Source: Gallionella sp. (GTDB lineage: Bacteria; Pseudomonadota; Gammaproteobacteria; Burkholderiales; Gallionellaceae). Taken from it: a DNA stretch of 64,000 nt. Position 1 is the stretch's first letter; each line of letters begins with the position of its first letter. The notes below the pieces were generated by a model. It searched no databases. It was not told the origin of the DNA and saw only the letters and a list, made by a program, of their open reading frames with translations. The position numbers were made by a program, and so were the translations under genes. Location: the NCBI GenBank assembly GCA_017880865.1, contig JADGRL010000005.1, positions 5,740-69,739 of the forward strand, in the 5' to 3' direction. This document shows, piece after piece, positions 52,762 through 61,588 of this stretch.

Positions 52762-53129
52762 TTCTGGTTGATACTTCGGTTTGGATAGACCATTTTCGTC
52801 ATGGTGATGTGGAATTGGCGAGACTCCTGAACACGGGTCAAGTGCTAACTCACCGGTTTGTTATCGGCGAGCTTTCCTTGGGCAATTTGCAGAACCGCAA
52901 TATCGTTCTCAGTACCTTGCAAAACCTGCCACAGGTCACCGTCGCCTCAGATGATGAAGTATTGCATTTCATCGGGAACCAAGCGCTTTTTGGCTCTGGA
53001 ATTGGTTACATCGATGCACACTTGTTGGCCGCTGTGCGCCTTACACCGGGCGCGTTGTTATGGACGCGAGACAAGCGCTTGTTGGCAGAGAGTGTCCGGC
53101 TTGGACTATGCGTAAACTTGGTTCATTGA
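52758..53129 (+). CDS. vapC: VapC PIN-domain toxin
   Basis: 'MILVDTSVWIDHF', 'GELSLG', 'GIGYIDAHLLA', 'LWTRDKRL'. Confidence 0.92.
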   Translation: MILVDTSVWIDHFRHGDVELARLLNTGQVLTHRFVIGELSLGNLQNRNIVLSTLQNLPQVTVASDDEVLHFIGNQALFGSGIGYIDAHLLAAVRLTPGALLWTRDKRLLAESVRLGLCVNLVH

Positions 53130-53219
53130 CAGGTTGATTTGCATCGTGATGAATTGCTGGCAGATTGTGAGCTTGCCAAGGAGGGCGTCGAACCATTCCG
53201 GATCGACCCACTAAAGTGA
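53130..53219 (+). pseudogene. DUF4160 C-terminal remnant
   Basis: Reads QVDLHRDELLADCELAKEGVEPFRIDPLK*, paralogous to the end of 51746-51985; no start. Confidence 0.7.
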
Positions 53220-53231
53220 AGGATTCTCACG

Positions 53232-53477
53232 ATGTTGCTTGATGTAACCCATGTGACCGTGCAACCCGATTTCACCCTGCTTCTTGAATTTGAAAATGGG
53301 GAGCGGCGATGCTTTAGTATGTCCACCTACATTGATCACAAACCTTGGAGTCGGCTCAAATCCGGCCATCTATTTCAGGGAGCTTTTGTAGAAAACGGCA
53401 CTGTGGCGTGGCCGGGGAATATAGATATTGACCCCGAAACGCTTTACGAGCGTTCGGTGCCTTTCAACAAAGCGTAG
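53232..53477 (+). CDS. DUF2442-family protein
   Basis: 'LLLEFENGERRCFSM...VENGTVAWPGNIDIDPETLYE'. Confidence 0.85.
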   Translation: MLLDVTHVTVQPDFTLLLEFENGERRCFSMSTYIDHKPWSRLKSGHLFQGAFVENGTVAWPGNIDIDPETLYERSVPFNKA

Positions 53478-53683
53478 GCACGCGGTATGAGAGAGTGTTC
53501 GTGGCGTCTATTGTTGCACAGGCTGATCGCTGGCTCGAAGCATCAGCCCCTGGCAGGGGCAACGGTCTGCGAGACGGCAGCGTAACATCACCAAAATAGC
53601 TCAGCGATCTGAAACGCCATTTTATGGTTATTTATTGGGTACGATTCACACCGTCCACTACTCAAGACTCTTAAATAAAAAAT

Positions 53684-54397
53684 ATGAAACTTAATATCCT
53701 CGCATTAATTATATTCATACCCGCTGCTTCATTCGCTGACGACATGCCTGTATCTGTTAACTTGGGCAGCTTGGGTATTGTTATAGATACGACAAGACAT
53801 ATCTCCGAAAAATTCGATTTACGTATTGAGGCTAGTCAATCGGTTTTTGGGTGGAGCGATCTAGCCAGTGCGGCTGCTCGTGGAAGCTGTATTTATTGTG
53901 GTCCGTGGGGTAATCGATATGTAATCAAGCAACAGACATTGGGGCCTATCGTGGATTGGTATCCAGTGGAATGGCCCCCACTCGAAGGGCACTTCCGAAC
54001 CAGCGTTGGATTGTTATTGAACAATAATAAGACTGAAGTCGAGGGGCTCAGCAGATATGAAGCGGCTAATGTTCTGATAGTTTTTGACACCTACCGCATC
54101 AATGGGAACGAATACTCTACTTCTCAAATCGGTAGGCCACACGGAAAATTTTCATACAAACGTTATGCCCCGTACCTTGGCATCGGCTGAGGTAATACAC
54201 ATAATATCCAACCCAATAAATGGACCTTCACTGCCGATGCTGGCATTCTCTTTCAAGGCAAGCCCACTCTCACTTACACAGCGACCGGCAATGTGCCAGG
54301 ATTACAAGCTGATCTCGAAGCGGAGCGAATCAGCATATTGAATAAAGAGCCATCTTGGTGGCCTGTTATTTCGGGTGGCCTTGTTTATATTTGGTAG
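53684..54397 (+). pseudogene. Outer-membrane beta-barrel-like protein interrupted by a single TGA
   Basis: Signal peptide; 'PYLGIG*GN' with TGA at 54188-54190; frame stays open 68 more codons to '..GGLVYIW*'. Confidence 0.75.
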
Positions 54398-54399
54398 CC

Positions 54400-54642
54400 G
54401 TGGGAGCCAGACTTGAAGGGTGATAGCTCGTCGTGCTGCAAGGCGAAAAATGGTTGGGCGCGCCCAGCTTTGGACACACCATCACGCCAAGCTACGAAAC
54501 CCTGCTGATTTGTTATATGCCCAACACCACAGGCAGGACGTCTTTCGCCCTCGCTTGCCCTTCGTAGACCAGTCCGATCAAGACGGATAGAAGTGTCAAC
54601 TCCTCGTTGGTTTGATCTATTTCGATTTTTTCTGATTTCATA
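54400..54642 (-). pseudogene. Decayed paralogue of the 47200-48390 regulator (N-terminus only)
   Basis: 'IDQTNEELTLLSVLIGLVYEG..KDVLPVV' vs 'MDRTNEELTRLSDLIGLIYEG..RDILPAV'; stop follows. Confidence 0.75.
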
Positions 54643-54690
54643 CCCTGTTCTAGTGATGCGCACTTCATCGTCGCACTGTAACATGCCGCC
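54640..54690. promoter_or_regulatory. Second copy of conserved divergent-promoter block
   Basis: 47/51 identical to 48418-48468. Confidence 0.65.
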
Positions 54691-54793
54691 AACAAAAAAA
54701 TCTTGTGGCAGCGCTGATGCATATCAAATGTTCGGCTGACCTAATCAAGAGCTGAACGATTTATATGTAATTAATTTTTTAAGGAGGTTAGAC

Positions 54794-55900
54794 ATGGATA
54801 TGCATTGGAATTGCCTGAAGAAGGCTGGACAGTTACTGGTTGTCGGCTCGATAATCGGCGCATTGCTTGCCGGTTGTGGCGGTGGTAGTACTGGTACTGG
54901 TTCTGGTACTGGTTCTACTACTGCTACGCACCAGCTTTCCGGAGGGCTTGGAAAACAAGGTGGCGGCGCGTCGGTCAATCTTACTGGTACGGCAACGAGC
55001 AGCACAGTCGCAGATGCGAGCGGAAATTACACTTTCCCTGGCTTAGGGAATGGGAGCTACACCATCACGCCAGCTTTACCAGGATATGCATTTAATCCAG
55101 CAAGCACTTCAGTAACTTTGTCTTCGTCGGACCCTGCGAGCGTGACAAACCCAACTCCAACAACAACAAGCCCTTCGAACGGAACAGTAAGTGGAAACTG
55201 GACTTGTGTTGTTCCAGACAATAACGGCGCAATGGCCTTTACCAGCGCTGGCACGTGGAGCACAACCGCCGGAGCTTATTGTGCTGGCACGAGTGTAAGT
55301 GGTACGTATTCTATCTTTGGAAATCAATTAACTACAAAAACAACTGCTAGCACAAACACTTTGACGTTGATGGGAGCCGGGATGGATGTCGATTGCTCCG
55401 GAAGTATGGACATAAACTCCCCCGCAACAATTGTTTTCGGTGGCACTAGTACTTTTACCGCGACCGATACTTCATATCAATCGATGACATGTACACAGAC
55501 TAGCACTGGCACTGGTACTGGTACTGGTACATGCTCAAACGGCGCAACTGATTATCCGACCTGTACGCCACCCACAACAGGCACTTGCTCAAATGGCGCG
55601 ACTAATTATCCGACCTGTACGCCACCCACAACCACTACCACCACCGGTCAGCTCATGGTTTGGACTAACAGAACATCGACTCCGACCGGTAGCATTTCGG
55701 TGACTATTGACGGAGCTTCCGCAGGCAGCTTAACTCAAAACTATACTACGAGTACGCCAAGTTGCGGTGCCGCAGGTGCCATCACTCAGACACTGACGGC
55801 AGGTTCCCACTCTGTTTCAGCTGCCTCCGGAACTCTGACTTGGCCATTAACAAGTTATACAGTCACTGCGGGCGGCTGCATGTCGGTCCTCCTCCAGTAG
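54794..55900 (+). CDS. Lipoprotein C (368 aa) with carboxypeptidase-regulatory-like domain and Cys repeats
   Basis: LAG-C-GGG; 'ADASGNYTFPGLGNGSYTITP'; two 18-aa GTCSNGATxYPTCTPPTT repeats. Confidence 0.82.
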   Translation: MDMHWNCLKKAGQLLVVGSIIGALLAGCGGGSTGTGSGTGSTTATHQLSGGLGKQGGGASVNLTGTATSSTVADASGNYTFPGLGNGSYTITPALPGYAFNPASTSVTLSSSDPASVTNPTPTTTSPSNGTVSGNWTCVVPDNNGAMAFTSAGTWSTTAGAYCAGTSVSGTYSIFGNQLTTKTTASTNTLTLMGAGMDVDCSGSMDINSPATIVFGGTSTFTATDTSYQSMTCTQTSTGTGTGTGTCSNGATDYPTCTPPTTGTCSNGATNYPTCTPPTTTTTTGQLMVWTNRTSTPTGSISVTIDGASAGSLTQNYTTSTPSCGAAGAITQTLTAGSHSVSAASGTLTWPLTSYTVTAGGCMSVLLQ

Positions 55901-56021
55901 GTTTCTGCGGTTTAAGACAAAACTGTTTTGGATATGGATGGATGCACTCCCACGGCAAGGGCGGGACAACGAGTCCCGCATGCTGTTGTCTCAGTAGCAG
56001 GGTTTTTAGCCAGTTACAGAT

Positions 56022-56060
56022 AAAAACCGGTCAGGGCGAGATACCTTGGCCGGTTTTTTT
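56022..56060. terminator. Bidirectional intrinsic terminator
   Basis: AAAAACCGGTCAGGG..CCTTGGCCGGTTTTTTT between convergent genes. Confidence 0.75.
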
Positions 56061-56267
56061 ATGCGTAGCAGTACAAACCAACATGCGCCGTATTTTTTAA
56101 TTCACTAAATCACATCGATAAAGCACAGTATTTTTAGCTGTAGCGTCCCGCTCACCGTCAATTCATCTTCCACCAGTTCTAGTGAAATGCATCGCGATAA
56201 GTCGTACCCATCGGCTAAGTCCTTCCCTCGTCGTGCTGCAAAGCGAAAAAGGGTGGCTAAAAGGGAA

Positions 56268-57236
56268 TCAACCGGTTGTGAACAGGGAGGCCAGCTCCAC
56301 CTTGTTGCCGATGTCGAGCTTGGTGTAAATACGACCCAAAAAGTTGCGCACGGTGACTGGGGCAATATCCAGTAGCAGCCCGATTTCTTTATGTGACTTG
56401 CCGATGCCATAAAGTCTGGCTACTTCGAGTTCACGCGGGGTCAGCCTGTGCAGTGGCGATACCTTGCGGATATTCAGCAGCAACATATTTCCAAGGGTAG
56501 TTGCCGAGACAGCATGGTCTGCGAGCAAGGCTTCTCTTCCCGGATGGAGCTCCATCATCAGTTCTGCTGGTAGCCTCCCACTTTTCCATTCCGGCCATGC
56601 CTTGCGCACGAGCTCGGCGAATTTTCTGCCGCAATGGTATAGCGTGCCATCCATGCGGGCGAGCGCACGGGTTCCCGCCGTCCCGGAATCAGGCAAGGCC
56701 GAAAGTCCCAGTCCCAACAGCCTGTTGATTTCCAGCGCCTCGATGAGATGAGGCATGATCTGTTCCAGAATGTGACCGTCGGCTTGGTCCCAATGATCGT
56801 GTTTATCGTTGCGGTAAAGCGATAGCCACTGCCCGTGAGGGTGTCTGCTGCTGATTGAGTTGATCACCATATTATTCAGATGACCATAGCGCCGTGAATA
56901 ATCCAGCATGAGGCTATTTTCGGGGGTATTGAACCAGCTCGGTGCATGGAAAAATAAGGCGCGATTGGGATTGGAAATAACGGCGTCGATGACCGTGTCC
57001 TGATGGTTGATGGATGCCCAGTCATCCAGCACTTCAGGAGATTCGTTATGCGAGTATATGGCGTGCGCGACGAGTCCGGTCTTGGTCATTTCGCCGCTCC
57101 CCCAGGCTGCCGTGCGGAAAGGGATTTGCGCCTTGACCAGCGCCAGCGCCAATTCCTGGAACTCGTCAACCGGTGTTTCTCTTGCCGCACAGTAAACTTC
57201 CAGGATCAACTTGCTCAAGGCATCCAACTGGCTCAC
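56268..57236 (-). CDS. LuxR-type HTH regulator with GAF-like N-terminal domain
   Basis: 'LTPRELEVARLYGIGKSHKEIGLLLDIAPVTVRNFLGRIYTKLDIGNKVEL'. Confidence 0.88.
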   Translation of the reverse strand: MSQLDALSKLILEVYCAARETPVDEFQELALALVKAQIPFRTAAWGSGEMTKTGLVAHAIYSHNESPEVLDDWASINHQDTVIDAVISNPNRALFFHAPSWFNTPENSLMLDYSRRYGHLNNMVINSISSRHPHGQWLSLYRNDKHDHWDQADGHILEQIMPHLIEALEINRLLGLGLSALPDSGTAGTRALARMDGTLYHCGRKFAELVRKAWPEWKSGRLPAELMMELHPGREALLADHAVSATTLGNMLLLNIRKVSPLHRLTPRELEVARLYGIGKSHKEIGLLLDIAPVTVRNFLGRIYTKLDIGNKVELASLFTTG

Positions 57237-57275
57237 CTGTTATCTCGAATTATTTATTAGTGCTGTCTGCTGGAA

Positions 57276-58058
57276 TTATCTATCTTCGCACCAGGTCTCA
57301 GGTGGCAACTCAAAATGTACGGCATGCCCGGCGTCCACCATTTTAAATTCCGCCTGCGGAAATATCGATTTCCATTTTTTCTGGTCTACAACACTGTCCT
57401 GCAATGGGTCGTGTATACCCATCAGGATTTTCACCTCTCCGCCAAACTTCATGACCTGCGCCGGGAGCGGGGTATGGAGTAATTCCTGCATCACCAGGAA
57501 GAAGGTTGTCGCATCCATCGGGGGCGTCTGATTTGCGATAGCGAAATAACGTTCTCGCGCCTGCGTCGAATGGGGGGCGAAATAAATGCCGGGCATTGCG
57601 CCATTGGGGTAACAAGCCTGCACCAAGGCAAAGAAGCGGCTTTCATCGCAGTTTTGTTCTGCCGCCGCCAGCGCGTCGCGCAAGCCGGGATGCTCAAAAC
57701 CCGCTGCGAGCAGACGCTGTGCCAGAAGAAAGAACTGGCGGATGGGGTCGGGGGAGCATCCCAGCAAGGTGATGCGCCGGATCAGCGCCGGATATTCGCG
57801 GGCCAGACTCGCGGCGATCTGTCCGCCGAAGGAATTTGCGATGAGATCGACCGGTCCGCCATTCGATGCGGCCAACATCTCAAGCTGGCAACCAACAAAG
57901 TCAACCAACGTGCGGAAGGGCGCTGCGCCCCCAGCTAAAGCGGGCGCTACAGCGGGCTGATCCCACCACAGCACAGGCAGCGTATCGCCGAACCAGATGC
58001 GCTCAACCTTGGAATGTAATCCGGGGCCGCCGTGTATAAAGAGCTTGTTTATTTTCAT
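57276..58058 (-). CDS. Alpha/beta hydrolase
   Basis: 'FIHGGPG', nucleophile elbow 'IANSFGG', 'GIHDP', 'DAGHAVHFE'. Confidence 0.85.
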   Translation of the reverse strand: MKINKLFIHGGPGLHSKVERIWFGDTLPVLWWDQPAVAPALAGGAAPFRTLVDFVGCQLEMLAASNGGPVDLIANSFGGQIAASLAREYPALIRRITLLGCSPDPIRQFFLLAQRLLAAGFEHPGLRDALAAAEQNCDESRFFALVQACYPNGAMPGIYFAPHSTQARERYFAIANQTPPMDATTFFLVMQELLHTPLPAQVMKFGGEVKILMGIHDPLQDSVVDQKKWKSIFPQAEFKMVDAGHAVHFELPPETWCEDR

Positions 58059-58197
58059 GGGTGCGGGCTCGAACAATTTTTCAGTGGTAAATAATGAAAC
58101 TTGTGATGCATTTGCATCATATACAAGCTTAGTCGTTCAGTATACCTTGCCCAAGGTTCTTGGAACTTGTTCAAACAATCAATGAGGGGGAATTAAC

Positions 58198-60345
58198 ATG
58201 AAGCAAATAAAACAACTTTTAGCGATGCTATTTTGCGTCGCTGTTGCCGCGTGCGGCAGTGGTGGAAGCAGCACTCCGGCTGCCAGCGGTAACAATACAG
58301 GTGGCACGCCCACTCCTGCTGCTTCGAGCACCTTGGTCTCCGGTGTCGCCGCATCAGGCGCACCGATTGTGGGTCAAGTGGTCGCTATTGATGCAAATGG
58401 TAAAACGTTTGCTGCGACGACAAGCGCGGCTGGCGCTTATACGGTCAACGTGGCGGGCGGGACAGCACCATTTATTTTGACGGTGGTAGGAATGTCGGGC
58501 GGGAAAGCCGTTACGTTGAATTCCGTGGCAACTGCAGTCGGTCAGACGGTCAATATCACACCGCTTACCGACTTGATCGTTTCTACTGCGGCTGGTCAGC
58601 CCGGCGGCGCGGCATTGGCCACTCTTTGTGCTTCTACTGCCGCAGCAGATCAGGTGAAATGTAAGGCAGCGTTGACAGCGGCGACAACCGGGACGCATTT
58701 GAGCGCTGCGGTCACTGCGGTGACCAAGATGATTGCCCCCTTGAATACAGCCGGGACCGATCCGCTGAATGGCGCATTTACGGCCAATGGCACCGGTATG
58801 GACGGCGTGCTGGATGCCATTCTGGTAACACCTGCTACGGGTCAGGGCGCAATGGCAACGGTGACGCTGATTGCGGTTCCCACGCAACAATTAGGAACGG
58901 TGACCATGCCTGCTGCAGCGGGCGGTGTGGCAACTCCAGTCATTGTTGTGCCGCCGGCTTCAGCCATCACGGCAGCTACTACCGGCGCTACCGCGCTGTC
59001 GGAGATCAACGCATGTCTGGCATCCTTGAGTGCGCTGTATCCGGCAAACATGACTACACCGCCCACCGTGGCGCAAGTCACGCCCTTCATCGATCCGACG
59101 TTTATGTTGGGCGGAGCGGGCAGCACCCAAAATCAAGCGTGGTTCATCAATAATAAAATGACTGTACTGGCGTCTGCGGGTGGTGTAGCACAGCCTGGAT
59201 TGACTATAACTTCCAGCGGGCTGGCAGCTTTCGATTTTACCCCGCAGACGACCACCGCGTTAGCTCAAGGGATGACGGCCGTATCGCCGGTGAGCTCTAC
59301 TGCGGCATGGGTACGTTTGCAAGTGCTGGGGAACAACGCCATGAACTGGAAAATGGTCAAGGGTGCGGCCTATGCTGGTTGTGCGGGGGGCTGGCGTCTC
59401 GCCGGCGACTCTCATGTCGGCAACCACATGGACGCGCGCGTGTCGAAATGGGCTAATAGCCCCCTCGCAATCAGCTATACGCGTCAGTTGCCGCTCCATG
59501 TGGAGACCGCGAAAGCTATCGCAGAAGGTATCGGTTCGATCGTGGTCAGCGGCCCCGGCCTGGCTGTGTATAGCGGCAACACGGCGACACCGGTGGGTGC
59601 TGCAACGCCCATCACCTTGGTAGTACCTCCTGTACCCGCCGCGCCTGTGGGAACCACTCCGGTTCAACTCACAGCGTTGGGAATACAAGGCCAGATGTCC
59701 ACCAATGGCACCAATACCTCATATCCAGCAGGTTCGTTCTATTTCAACGCTGAAGCGATTCAGAGTTGTCAGGATCTGGGGTTAATCGTGACACCTCAGG
59801 CATTGCCCGTGGCTGGAACGCCTTGCTATGACGAAACCGCAGTTGCACCGGGCGCGGTATTCACCTGGACAGCGATGAACAGTGCCGCCACGGTGTTGTA
59901 TGCGTATTCCTACCAGGTCTATGCCGTTCCTCTGTCATTAGCTTTTGCTCAGGCAAACGACAAGGACCTGTTTGTGCAGAACATCACGCCTACCCCGGCC
60001 ACGGTGGCTGCGCTGAATACCGCGGCGGCAGCTATCGCGGTCGGTGCGAACATCGATAGCATCATCAAGTTCAATTACACAATGTCAGCAGTGTATGGTG
60101 GCACGGTTAGTAACTGCAATATTGGCTTGGTCGATTCGACCGCGACAACGGTATTGATGGCCGAGCAAAATGCCATGGGACAGCAAACCAGTTGTACCTT
60201 TGTCACCGCAGGGCTGAACTCTGGCAGTCTCGTCAAACCGGCCACTGCGTTCGTGGGCACAGCGACCAACGGGTGGACCAGCAACATGAGCGTGAGCGCC
60301 AATGTGCTGGGCAATCAAATAGCTTCGGGAATTCCTTATCTCTGA
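58198..60345 (+). CDS. Lipoprotein D (715 aa), Ala/Thr-rich
   Basis: VAA-C-GSGGSS; 'VSGVAASGAPI...TSAAGAYTV...VNITPLTDLIV' carboxypeptidase-regulatory-like N-domain. Confidence 0.82.
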   Translation: MKQIKQLLAMLFCVAVAACGSGGSSTPAASGNNTGGTPTPAASSTLVSGVAASGAPIVGQVVAIDANGKTFAATTSAAGAYTVNVAGGTAPFILTVVGMSGGKAVTLNSVATAVGQTVNITPLTDLIVSTAAGQPGGAALATLCASTAAADQVKCKAALTAATTGTHLSAAVTAVTKMIAPLNTAGTDPLNGAFTANGTGMDGVLDAILVTPATGQGAMATVTLIAVPTQQLGTVTMPAAAGGVATPVIVVPPASAITAATTGATALSEINACLASLSALYPANMTTPPTVAQVTPFIDPTFMLGGAGSTQNQAWFINNKMTVLASAGGVAQPGLTITSSGLAAFDFTPQTTTALAQGMTAVSPVSSTAAWVRLQVLGNNAMNWKMVKGAAYAGCAGGWRLAGDSHVGNHMDARVSKWANSPLAISYTRQLPLHVETAKAIAEGIGSIVVSGPGLAVYSGNTATPVGAATPITLVVPPVPAAPVGTTPVQLTALGIQGQMSTNGTNTSYPAGSFYFNAEAIQSCQDLGLIVTPQALPVAGTPCYDETAVAPGAVFTWTAMNSAATVLYAYSYQVYAVPLSLAFAQANDKDLFVQNITPTPATVAALNTAAAAIAVGANIDSIIKFNYTMSAVYGGTVSNCNIGLVDSTATTVLMAEQNAMGQQTSCTFVTAGLNSGSLVKPATAFVGTATNGWTSNMSVSANVLGNQIASGIPYL

Positions 60346-60368
60346 TAGGTGGCACTGCAGCAACATAA

Positions 60369-60408
60369 GCCAATAAAAAACCCCGCTTCGGCGGGGTTTT
60401 TTATTGGC
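60369..60408. terminator. Bidirectional intrinsic terminator
   Basis: GCCAATAAAAAACCCCGC-TTCG-GCGGGGTTTTTTATTGGC. Confidence 0.9.
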
Positions 60409-60647
60409 GGCAATTCACACAGTGACAACCCTCAAGGCTGCCATCGCTACTACGTCGTCTTGGCTCCAAATTCGCCTATGCGTGCCGCCGTCACAGCATT
60501 GGCGCCGGTGCCTGTGATCGTGCCTCCGCCGGGTGTTAATATCTGGAAGGTCAACGTTAAAGACGCCAATGGCAAAACCACGCAATCCGCCAACGCTACC
60601 TTCTCGCCTTGGCGCGCTACGCACTCCAGTAATTGGGGTTTAAAAAT

Positions 60648-60673
60648 AAAAGGGGCCTCGGGCCCCTTTTTTT
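60648..60673. terminator. Bidirectional intrinsic terminator
   Basis: AAAAGGGGCC-TCG-GGCCCCTTTTTTT. Confidence 0.8.
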
Positions 60674-60829
60674 GCGCGCTGCTCGATGCACCTGCCGACG
60701 GTAAAACCTGAACCCATCGAGGCATATGCTATGCAGCATTGCGGCATCAACCACGCGGTTATGTCATTGAGGGCGATTGTGGGCACACCCTCTCTTCGAA
60801 TTTCGGGGTGTGGACTACACACTAAAAAA

Positions 60830-61552
60830 CTAGAATCTGACCGAATGGCAGCCCTGTGCATCGCAACGCAATGCCGAGACTTGTCGATCCCAGTCGCCCA
60901 GCACCCAGCGTTCGCAGCGATGTCCATCCACGATATGTTCATGGCGATCGGGGCGGTGGGTGTGGCCGTGGATCAGGCGCGGATAATGATATTCGCGCAG
61001 CAGCGCTGCGACCGCATCGTCATTCACATCCATGATTGCGCTGTCTTTGTTTTGCTTTGCGACCATGCTGTGCTGGCGCAGTTGTTCTATGTAGGCCTTG
61101 CGGGCCGAGAGCGGCTGGGCGAGAAAGTTCTTCTGAAATTCGGGTTCATGTACCTGGGCACGAAAATTTTGATACTCGACATCGTCGGTACACAGCATGT
61201 CACCATGAGTAATCAGCGTAGTTGTGCCATACAGATGGAGCAGAGTCGGATCATTCAGAAGTTTGGCGTGACAGGCTCGTGCCAGTGCGTCGCCCATCAG
61301 CAGGTCGCGGTTGCCATGCAGCACATACAGCTTCGTGCCGTGCGCGGCGAGGCTGCACAATGCGGCGATCACCTGAGCATGAAATTCATCATCCAGATCA
61401 TCGTCGCCAGCCCAGTATTCGAACAAATCACCGAGGATGTACAGAGCCTCGGCTTGCGGCGCGAGTGTGGCGATGAAGCGCCGGAACGCCGCAAAGCTGT
61501 GCGCCTGGTCGGCACCCAGATGCAGGTCGGAGATAAACAGGGTGTGGGGCAT
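60830..61552 (-). CDS. lpxH: UDP-2,3-diacylglucosamine diphosphatase
   Basis: 'FISDLHL', 'LGDLFEYWAGDD', 'HGNRD', 'HGD', 'IHGHTHRP', 'LGDW'. Confidence 0.96.
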   Translation of the reverse strand: MPHTLFISDLHLGADQAHSFAAFRRFIATLAPQAEALYILGDLFEYWAGDDDLDDEFHAQVIAALCSLAAHGTKLYVLHGNRDLLMGDALARACHAKLLNDPTLLHLYGTTTLITHGDMLCTDDVEYQNFRAQVHEPEFQKNFLAQPLSARKAYIEQLRQHSMVAKQNKDSAIMDVNDDAVAALLREYHYPRLIHGHTHRPDRHEHIVDGHRCERWVLGDWDRQVSALRCDAQGCHSVRF

Positions 61553-61588
61553 GGAAAACAAAACGGCACCGAAGTGCCGCTTTTCTGG

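Noticed and set aside
54188-54190. Alternative genetic code (TGA=Trp) or selenocysteine
   Set aside because: TGA terminates many normal genes here (mrcA, amgK, yoeB); the position corresponds to Trp, not Cys.
50400-54400. Integron cassette array (many small genes and TA pairs)
   Set aside because: No paired RYYYAAC...GTTRRRY attC structures found by eye and no intI; genes are in mixed orientation.
45547-60345. Diversity-generating retroelement or invertase shufflon acting on the lipoproteins
   Set aside because: No reverse transcriptase, TR/VR pair, recombinase or inverted recombination sites seen.
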